DNA of 64,000 bases. Source: Oopsacas minuta. Taxonomy: Eukaryota; Animalia; Porifera. The notes beneath the pieces are model-generated. The model ran no database searches. It saw nothing but the letters and a program-made list of their open reading frames with translations, and was not told the DNA's origin. The stretch is taken from positions 868,001 through 932,000 of the forward strand of contig JAKMXF010000321.1 of NCBI GenBank assembly GCA_024704765.1. The letters run 5' to 3'. Of this stretch, positions 1 through 10,000 are shown one piece after another. Position 1 is the stretch's first letter. Every line of letters starts with the position of its first letter. The translations under genes and the position numbers were made by a program.

Positions 1-618
1 TATGGTGAACGGAAAGGTAGGGATGATCTGAGGTTCGAGTTCAAGCTGGTAGTAACACTAAATCACGGATAATTAGTTCTACACAAACATGAATTGCATT
101 AGTTCTAGATCTTACGTTTGAATAAATATTTGACCACTGCAATAGAACTTCAAATATCGTATGCAAAGTAAGTCAATAGATAATAGCTTACATCTTCAAA
201 AAATTATCAAGATCAGTAGTTTATGAATCTCTTTGATATATTACTAGCTAGATCACACATATATATATATATATTCTTTGTTGGATGTCTAATTGATTTT
301 TCTGTAATAGAGTTATCACTAACAAGATGTGAGCGAAGCGAGCACTATTTTACAGTTTTCAATTTGATCCAAGGGGCCATGCCCCGGGGCACGAGATTTT
401 ACCAGGGTCGGCACCGCCCCCCACCATGGCGACGTCCTGCAAATAATAATCATTACTAATATTTGGAAATTTGAAATCTGATTTCCAAACCTGACTAGAA
501 CAGATCAGTCTACTATATTCGAGGTATGAAATCAAGATTATTCAGTTAAGAGATTATTATGGTTGTTAACCAAGCTAAAGTTTTATCAAATTACAAACCA
601 AATTACATATCAACTATA

Positions 619-1037
619 CGAGTGTAGAGTGAAGTCAGCAGCGAATTCCAGCAGTGAATATGAGCACAACTTAACACTTAGTAATTCTGTCAATTCTCAA
701 TCAATCCACCTGAAATTTGGTCAGTACCTTTGTCTACAGTGGTGAATTTCATAGATTCAATAATTAATCACTATCACACTTACTCTTCCCACAATGACAC
801 GATTGACACCGCAAAATTTGTAATACTAAATACGCATATAGTCAAAGTTGCCTGTTGCAACGTCATTGTGGGAAGAGTAGGTGTGATAGTGATTAATTTT
901 TTAATATATGAAATTCACCACTGTAGACAAAGGTACTGACCAAATTTCAGGTGGATTGATTGAGAATTGACAGAATTATTAAGTGTTAAGTTGTGCTCAT
1001 ATTTCACTGTTGGAATTCGCTACTGACTTCACACTCA
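619..1037. mobile_element. MITE-like element with long terminal inverted repeats (Tc1/mariner-type, TA-flanked)
   Basis: Arms 619-753 and 907-1037 are near-perfect reverse complements (about 130 bp, a few mismatches/indels); TA at 617-618 and 1038-1039; non-coding spacer. Confidence 0.8.
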
Positions 1038-1137
1038 TATGAACTATGGATATATAAGATATCTATTAGGGAAATTTTCGTATAATAAAATGTATAAAGC
1101 TCATGCTTATTTGTCTAGTGACTGAGCATGCTCATAG

Positions 1138-1400
1138 TTGTCAAGTCTCACGTGTACAAAACTTTTGAAATTATACCGTGATAATGTCAAGATTATCATT
1201 ATTTTTAACTATTTTTTTTGAAAAAATGAATTGTGGATTACTAATACGATTTTAGATACCATTATGACCTAACACTGTTATTTTTCGTGTTTATTAAATA
1301 ATTAATTAACTTCACTGTTATATATTAAATTTTAAAGAATTTCAAAGTGAGAATGCAAAGGTTAAGGTGAGACTCAGTTGAAATCCGTGAGACCTGACAA
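1138..1400. mobile_element. Small MITE-like element
   Basis: TTGTCAAGTCTCACG (1138-1152) and CGTGAGACCTGACAA (1386-1400) are 14/15 inverted repeats around an AT-rich non-coding core; no clear target-site duplication (TSD). Confidence 0.5.
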
Positions 1401-1433
1401 TAATGTATATCTGAACACTAAAATTACAAAATC

Positions 1434-1435
<2 letters not shown>

Positions 1436-1522
<87 letters not shown>
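1436..1522. repeat. (AAT)29 microsatellite
   Basis: Direct read of 29 perfect AAT units. Confidence 0.95.
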
Positions 1523-1523
<1 letters not shown>

Positions 1524-1965
1524 GTAGTATACAACAAATCTTTACGATTCAAGAACCTTTCTACGAAACTATTAGTCAACCACCTAACGAAGAACCCGAT
1601 AATACTCCAGATGTCACAATCAATACCACAATTACAACAGATTTAGAATATACTAGTCCAGAAAATTCAAATGATCACCTCTAAACCAAACATGATTACA
1701 TAGCCTGTCAGCAATCAACACTTTCAGAAACCACCATTGCTCAAATCCACTTTATATAGTAACTCCCATAAATAATATTAGTAAGCCCATATACGCTTTA
1801 TCATCTTTTGTTACTCAGAAATCTAGAATGTTCCTTCAAACCTTAGAATAGCAGCAATCAGTTATATTTAGTACTATAGTTGTGTTTGTATTGATGAGCT
1901 GGATAAATAGCCAGCGAAACAAATTATGTTATTGTCTACTACTATTAAATCTACATATACTCTTT

Positions 1966-1968
<3 letters not shown>

Positions 1969-1999
<31 letters not shown>

Positions 2000-2445
2000 G
2001 CATTTAGTACACTTACACAATATTAGTCTCAAAGCGTTAACAGTTCAAAGACAAAGAAATACAAAGAAATACAAAGGAAAAAGAAGAAAAGTACAAATTA
2101 TATGACAAATGTGTACTATACAGAAGAACAGGAATAATTATTAATAGTATTTATTAAACAGAAAAATGTTTTATGTGATTTTAAAGATTTCAATAGAGAT
2201 AGACTTTCTGATGTTTTCAGTAAGAGAATTCCAGAGGCATGGGCAGCATACGAAAAACACGGTCACCATAAAATTTCAAACTAGATCTGGGTGGTTGGAG
2301 AAAATTGGATGATGCAGATCTGTTGTGATAGCCACAAATCGAAAAAATGATTAGAGAATTCAGGTATGATGAACAATGGCCACATATAATTTTGAAAGTG
2401 ATCAGAAGAATTCATATTTAGACTACATATCCATCTGTAGAATTC
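1969..2445 (-). mobile_element. 5'-truncated non-LTR retrotransposon (L2/CR1-type) 3' end with (ATT)n tail
   Basis: Minus strand reads, with frameshifts, YGDRVFSYAA..LWNSL.ENIRKSISIEIFK..KTFLFNK. This resembles the ORF2 C-terminus of L2/CR1 LINEs and is followed by a 3' UTR and an ATT-repeat tail (1969-1997). Confidence 0.7.
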
Positions 2446-3450
2446 GCTAGAATATTTCCATTAGTTGCGTAGTGATATTCAATTTTAGGAGTATCTATCT
2501 GATCCAATAAGTCAGGAATATTCATAGCCCATTTTACTTCAATTTGATAATCAGGATTTTTAGTTTGTTCTATGTCTAATCTTAGTTTATCAATTCCTTG
2601 TTCTAAATCATTTAGTATTCTATGCTGTAATTCTGGTATATAATTATGGGTAATTGTATCTGCTTTCTATTTCAATTCTTATAGCATAGATAAATCAATT
2701 TGTTTCTGTTTCTGTTCCTGAATAAAGTCTTTCTCTAATATAGCTAATTCTCTAAACATTTCATCTGGATTTTGATTTAGCGTTAATGTTGTTCTGTTAA
2801 TTAGAGCGGTAATCTTCCCTCTTGTTTTTTGGAATGCTGGGTGAGAATGAGCTTCTGCCCTTCCTTCATACCGTACGTAGGAAGCTACAAAATATATTCT
2901 AATAAATATTTGGTATACTTAGGTGTCTGGATTTATTATCTATTAAGTGGAATTCCCGTATGGAACCATTGAAACTGCTTAATCTATTATTAATTACACT
3001 CATTAAAACACAAATAGAATGGAATATTTCAGTTAAATCTATTTCTATCAAAATCGTCGGATTAAGGAAATATACTGCATTCATGCGAAAATGTATTAAT
3101 CAATGCCGAAAGAACTCCAGCTCCAATATTTCCTGGCTAAATTCCAAATTGCCAAACCAATTTCTTCCACCGGATCTGTTAATGATGAATCAAAGGAAGA
3201 GCGAATTCAAAAGTGTATGTTGTAAAGAACAAGAGAGGCACGAACGAATAGTATAAATTACATAAAAATTCGTAGAATAAAGTAGAACTCTGATAAGATG
3301 TTAGACGTACCCCTCGGGAAATAAAAATTATTACGTCTTATCCGAGTTCTACTTTACAAAGTCTAATACGTGTAATCTACCTTCCACGTTATTTAAGAGT
3401 TGTAGACAGCTTAGTTGGAGCAGGAGAATAAATAACAACAGCTTAACAAA
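2446..3450 (-). pseudogene. Pseudogenised tandem copy of the secreted coiled-coil gene at 3907-5540
   Basis: 2450-2860 is highly similar to 3963-4365. Same two-exon layout (signal-peptide exon about 3450-3381, donor G|GTAGAT; acceptor TTTTGTAG at 2885-2886), but the ATG is lost, there are in-frame stops, and a LINE abuts the 3' end. Confidence 0.75.
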
Positions 3451-3906
3451 ATTCTAATAAATATAACATAATAGGAGTCAAATTTTCTACAACTACACAC
3501 ATAAATTCACTTGTAAAAGGTGAGAGAGCTTTACACTTATTGGCGATTATTCTTAACTCAAACTTTTCAAGAGGGAATTTCTAACCAACAAAATAGGTTG
3601 CTATAAACAAATATCCCTGTAACCAATTTAGAGACGTAGATTATTGGATTGCTAGGAGATTTGCATGTAGTAACCTAGGTTGCTGGTTAAAACATTCAAT
3701 CAAATTTTATGCTAAATTAGGTCAAAATCTTAAACAACAACAACAACAACACGACAGCATTCTCATAGCAAATAGTTTAAAACATAAATAAGTGTTTGAT
3801 GGTAAAATAAACCAAAAACTGACTAGATCCATCGGTTTTGAATTCTACATAGTATAAAGAGAAACAATTAATCAATTCTACATAATTGGAAATCTAAAGA
3901 ACCAAT

Positions 3907-5540
3907 TCATCCTTTTGTATCCTCCGAATACTCCTGTTTATGAGAATACGTGTAATTTACAGGAATATTTCCATTAGTTGCGTAGTGATATTCAATTTTA
4001 GAAGTATCTATCTGATTCAATAAGTCAGGAATATTCATAGCCCATTTTACTTCAATTTGATAATCAGGATTTTTAGTTTGTTCTATGTCTAATCTTAGTT
4101 TATCAATTCCTTGTTCTAAATCATTTAGTATTCTATGCTGTAATTCTGGTATATAATTATGGGAAATTGTATCTGCTTTTTCTTTTAGTTCTTTCAACTT
4201 AGTTAAATCAATTCGTTTTTGTTTTTGTTCCTGAATAAATTCTTCCTCCAATTTAGCTAATTCTCTAAACATTTCATTTTTCTTCTCCACTAGCGCTAAT
4301 ACTACTCTGTTGATTTGAACATCAATTTTCCCTCTAGTTTCTCTGAATACTGGGTGAGAAGTATCTGACTGTACATTATAATTATCTGTCCGTTGCTCAT
4401 CCCGCCATGCTATAAATACAATCAACTATGTTTAATTAATATTTGATACACATTAGTTTCTGGCGGTTTGTTTCAATCAAGCGAGTAAACTAAGAGATCC
4501 AATGGGTACAAATATTTCATACCAAATGGTCCAGATTAATCAGTGTCCCTATTAAGCAAAAGTAAGTCAACTGAAATGAATTGGAAGGAATATTACACAA
4601 TTTATACCTTGGACATGAGAATGCTATGAACATTCCTATAGTATATTCTTATATAGCGTATCCACTGAATGGGACAAAATAAGTCGAACAGATTTTCAAA
4701 TATTTACATCCTCAGATAGACAAAGAAACTCGAAAAGAAAAAAACTAAAACACAAAAAAGTGTCCATCAGCTGAGGATTATATATTTTTGTTCTTTTCAG
4801 AGTGGCACGCCCCCCTGACCCTCCGTGTAGATGCCGCAATGCACCAGATCCAAACTGATATGGGCTCTTGGATCTGAGAAATATTTCAAGATATTCAATA
4901 TTATTCGTCCCCTACTGAACTTCATGTTCTATCCTCAAATCTTATGGATAAAATTCTAAATAATTATCTTCCAATCACTCCCTGTCTAATGAAATCTCCA
5001 GCATTAGTTTGAATAATATGCAAAAGGGTGTGATATTAATCATATGGTAAATCTTTGAATTTGTAAATTCAGACTTTGAAAATATCTCAAATCGGACAAC
5101 ATGCTGAGACCTAATCTCTAGCTTGATTTTGTATTTACATAGAAAAATGTGGAAATATGAATAATCACCAAAGAGGTGCGTTCACTTCAGAACAATTCAT
5201 GTTGAAATCGCGTTATTTTGTCCTATCTAATTTTTGTGCAGCTCCTATAGGGAAATGCCCTAATGGCATGGAGGATACGTCCGACTGAATGTTGTATCCA
5301 AGGAAAGTTTATTAATACAAATCAAGCATTTGTTCCTCGCCCCTCGCTTGACAAATCAAGCAAGGAACGAGGGTCAGAATTAAATTGTAGTGAACAGCGA
5401 AAGTGGACGAATAGTAGAGTAAAAAATTTATATATTTATATCCTAATTACATAACATGATAATAAGAAAAGGGATCAACAGAATATACCTTTGCACAGTT
5501 GTAGAGAGCATAGTTGGAGCAGGAGAATAAACAGCAACAT
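3907..5540 (-). CDS. Secreted coiled-coil protein, 184 aa, 2 exons (5540-5489, 4409-3907)
   Basis: 52-nt exon encodes MLLFILLLQLCSLQLCK (signal-peptide-like) and ends at phase-1 donor AAG|GTATAT. Acceptor TTTATAG|CA at 4410-4411 joins in frame to the 3907-4425 ORF (heptad-rich EKKNEMFRELAKLEEEFIQEQ...). The same exon structure is retained in the paralog. Confidence 0.7.
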
Positions 5541-6143
5541 TATCATAACATTCTAATCACACAAAACTTAATATAAGCCAAATTTTCTATATCCATTAGC
5601 AAACCCTATATTGAAATTCAATGAATAAGGTGAAACAAATTTCCCAATATTGGAGATTAAATATATATTCAAAAGATAGGTTACTACATACAAATCTACA
5701 ACCAATCAATCTAGTGGGGAAAATCATTTGTGTCCAGCGTTCCCTCTAAGTGAATGAGGGCACAATATTATAGTTGTCTAGGGTGGCAAATATTGTAACC
5801 ACCTCTAGGGTCGCCCTACTGAGGGGTAAGGTCCAAAAATGAGAAAATTCCGGGGAAACCCCCTGATTTCTTAGAGGGAGCATGATTGTGTTGTTAGGGG
5901 ATTTACGTGTAGGAACCTAAGCTACTGGTTAGATAATACAATTCAAAATTTGCTATATATTAAGTTTTCAAATCTTATCCAAACAAATTGGCCTGAACAA
6001 TCATAATCATCATAAGATCAATCCTTTTGTGCTACTGTTCAGAATGAGTATATAAACCTATGACGGCCGTATCACAGAGGTATAGTTAATACATATAATA
6101 TCTGTATAACTAATATTATTACTCATTGTGTAATTAATAATAG

Positions 6144-6878
6144 TCAATCTTCTATCTTACTCTTATCGGCCTGTTTAGCTAATTGCTTTTCTCTTTCCTT
6201 ACTAACATGTGTTTTAGCTCCGTAAATGAGTTGATGGCTACACAGAGCTTTTAACGGAGACAACAACACACCAGGGATAAGTGGATCTCCCTCAATGTGT
6301 TCTAGACAGAATGCTATAGCTTCTATAGTAGACAGACAGCTGTCTGTAGGCTGTGTTCTTATCACGTACTGACTTGTCTGCTTAATATCAATTGATAAGT
6401 GAGTCAATTCACTCAGATAATTATTACCTTTATACATAGACTTAGCTTGTCTCCATGTCCCGTCTATAACAATAAGATACTGTATAGCAGGAATAGGTGT
6501 AGAGCTTGGTAATACAATAGCGTCAGATAGAGGATATAGAACAGCGCATTGTGGTCTGTTCTCCAAACATTGACGAATAATTGGATATTTCAAAGGACTA
6601 AAGTTCTTACCGCGTAATACTGTACATTTCTTAGAAACCACACATTTACTAAGGAGAGGTACTGTAGCCATAGGTCGCTTGATTTCGTTGGGATGTTGTA
6701 AGATGATAAGGTGTGTATGTATATTGAGAGGATCTTTCGGAAAAGAAGCACATATGCACACTGTGTTAGGTCTATTACAAGATTGACAGATATCTCTCGT
6801 TACAGCCACAGCACCTGAAAGGCTGGTTACATCATCTAGTTCAAGGAGACTAGAGAAGAAATCTTCATTCGTAGCCAT
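6144..6878 (-). CDS. DTWD2: tRNA-uridine aminocarboxypropyltransferase (DTW domain), single exon
   Basis: CQSCNRP..VCIC, LIILQHPNE, LIVIDGTWRQAK and STIEAI motifs of DTWD2/TapT. Start placed at MATNEDFF (6878), 4 nt after an acceptor-like AG. Confidence 0.9.
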   Translation of the reverse strand: MATNEDFFSSLLELDDVTSLSGAVAVTRDICQSCNRPNTVCICASFPKDPLNIHTHLIILQHPNEIKRPMATVPLLSKCVVSKKCTVLRGKNFSPLKYPIIRQCLENRPQCAVLYPLSDAIVLPSSTPIPAIQYLIVIDGTWRQAKSMYKGNNYLSELTHLSIDIKQTSQYVIRTQPTDSCLSTIEAIAFCLEHIEGDPLIPGVLLSPLKALCSHQLIYGAKTHVSKEREKQLAKQADKSKIED

Positions 6879-7003
6879 GTAGCTAATCATTGTAATGTGA
6901 GATGTCAATGCAGATTTAGAGGAAATAAATCGTTCATAAATATTAGCAAAGAGTTTATGAAATAATAATACATTATACAACACTAAAATTGAAAGGCTTA
7001 GAA

Positions 7004-10000
7004 TCAGGTACTAAATTGTGTCCATTTTTCTATTTGTTTCAGGTACAAACTAATCAAGCAACTCTCTTCGTTTGTGTTTAGAATAGTATTGAGATTATCT
7101 GGTAAATTCTCACCCAAACTTTCCATTAGTTTTATAACACATAATAATCCTGTAATCTGTCTGTATAATAATGAATTAGAAGATAGCATTCCATCCAGAG
7201 GGTGGGTGGTTGCTAGGTTACTAGAGAGTATATTGGATTTAGTATTGATATATTCGAATAAATATCGCACAAAATTTCCAAATAATTCAGTTTGTTTAAG
7301 ATTAATAGAAACTAATCGAAGAGTTTTAAAAGCTAATTCACAATTAACGCAATCTTCTCCATAAATGTTATCTTTTCCCTTTTCAAACAGAACTACTTCA
7401 TCTTTAACTGCATTGACATTTATACAAATCTTAGAAGAAATATAATCAAGCATTAATTCCCAACATTCCTCAAGTATAAACAATGTATTCGCTAGCCATG
7501 TGAATACAAGTTTGAGTGTAATATGATTGTCTAGGGGAAGATGCGAGTCCAATACTTGTGAGATACAAGTAGCAAGTGAAGTACGTACATCAACTACCTC
7601 ATCTTGAAGAAGAATAATCATATTCTTAATTATTACAAATTGAATTGTAGAGATAGGCCGAAATAAACTTGGATATAGAGTTAGAGAAGAGAATATTTTG
7701 ATAAGATAATTAACAGCTATTAATCTAGAATCTTCTGAGGAATCGGGTTTACTATGTGTATTTAATAATCTGGTTAAAAGAGCAAACAATTCTATTTCTC
7801 TTTCTATAAGTAAATGTGGATAATTAATCTTACGTATTAGTATAATGCTAGATATTTGTAGACAGCATAACTCTAGCTTTAGACTCGTATACATTGTGCT
7901 ATACCTGAGAATATAGTTTGTTAACTGATTGAAATCTACATCAAAACAGTTAGAATTTAGCGTAATAACATGCCCTAACATTTGTACCAGTATTTCTAGA
8001 TGAGAACATATATCAGTATGAGATGAGCCATCAGGCATATGCACATAGCGTTTGAATAGACTAGCATAAGTATTATTAGAATTCTCAAGTAGCCAAGGTA
8101 GTATTTGAGGATGTTCAAGAAGTTCAGTACATAAACTGCGAGAATCTTTGACGATAGAGATTGTATTGAATAACTTTGCACTAAACTTAATCAAGAGAGA
8201 TTGTGTGACTGTATTAGAGCTTGAGAGATAGAATTGTATGATAGAGAAATATAGATTAATACTGTGTACATCTAATTTTGTTTGTTCTGATAATTCATAC
8301 AACAAACTTGAATTCAACTCAACTGAATTTAACATACAAACAATAGAGAGGTATACTTTTCTAACCATCAATGGTGTATCTTCAGAGATTAACCATTTAC
8401 ATCTATAAATACATTGATGCACCTTAATCAAGGCACTGCTAGATCCTGTATTATACAATACATAGTTTAGCCTTATTAACTCAGCGAGGAATTCCAATTG
8501 TCCATGCATATAATTGTAGCTAACACATTGCTCTATTGAGTCAGGAATCTTTTCTAACACATGTAACAGTACAGTATCTACGCCTGATTTGTATATGAAC
8601 ATTGCTAGAGCTTGACTTGCCTTACAACGTACTGAGTACACAACTGAGTGTGTGTACACCTGTAGTACACGGATATAGGAAGATTTCTCTGAGAAGTTGT
8701 AATTAGGAGATGGACATAGCTTACACAGGAATAATAGAACTGGATAAACCGCAGAGTGTAGATGAGTACTTGGACAATCTGATGGAGAGTTTAGTTGTGA
8801 TAAGAACAGAGATCTTATTAAAGGAAAACGAGTGAATAACTGTTGCAATGTAATTGTACTCAGTTCTATCGCATCTTCAGATAATCTCCTCTGTCCTAGC
8901 ATTCTAACAGCTAATGCACCGAATAGCATCATGCCAGCATTACGTACTGACCACAGAGACGATCTCATGCTAGTGACAGCTATATATAACCCTCTCTCTC
9001 CATAGGAGAGAACACATCTATTCCCAACAGTAGAATCTCTATACAGAATACGTAGTATATTCATACAGCGTACAGATACCAGATCATGTGTATCTGATAC
9101 TAATACTGCTTCTGTAGCACCAGCATGTGTAAGCAGTTTATCCATAGTAAACTGTAGGAGAGGTTTGTGTGGCAGTTTAGATTCAGAGCACAGGATAGAC
9201 TGTACACAGAAAGGTAGACCAGCTCCCTGTCTAGAAATGGATGACTTTACATCCTGTGAGGTTGTAGTGTTAATTATATCGTCTAGCCATTGAAAAATTA
9301 AGCAACAAACAGCTGGCATATTGCTGTTACTAATGGAATAGCAGAATTTAGTGAAAGCTGATTGACAAGTGAGTATAGCTCCTATATGTCTGCATTTCAT
9401 TAGAATTGCTATTAGAATAGAACCTATCTTCTCTACTAATTCAGGTGTTACTACTAACATATTCTTATCTACTGGTGTTGTAATACCAAATACATCAGGG
9501 AGAATACCAAGCAAAGAAGAAGCTTCCTTCAGAGCTAACCAAACACAGTTATTAACCAGCTGATAGCTGAAGGAAGAACAATCGGTGTGATGTGTGGTAC
9601 TATCAGCATTGTTGTGTACAGATAGTACTGCTGTCTCTATTGCTACTCCCATATCAGCAAATGAAGGAGCTAGCATATCCTCATTGTTACTACCCATTAG
9701 CGTTGTTAAGGAGAATGTTATGACGTCATCTAGAAGTGCTATCAATTCTCTAAGGTATTGCTGCCAATCTATTTCCATTACATCACTATCAATCTTATGA
9801 GTTAGTACAGAGTTAATTGCAGCTATTGCACTGAATAACGGAGCGTTATATGCTGCATCTAGAATATTCTTCTTAGCTGCCACAAACTGTGTAGAAACCA
9901 CATCCAATAAGTCCACACATAATCTATACTGTAACTCCTTAGGATTAACAGATAAATTATTCTGGATAGAATTGTCTAGATATATTCTTAGCAATAGAGC

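Noticed and set aside
25-60. GGTTCGAGT T-loop-like motif suggesting a tRNA
   Set aside because: No acceptor stem, D arm or anticodon arm can be formed.
223-939. Short plus-strand ORFs at 223, 563 and 730
   Set aside because: They overlap repeat/MITE sequence and show no protein-like motifs.
6879-6983. 35-aa N-terminal extension of DTWD2 from the ORF track
   Set aside because: It starts at TTG, lies in the T-rich spacer and ends at an acceptor-like AG; similarity to the family begins after MATNEDFF.
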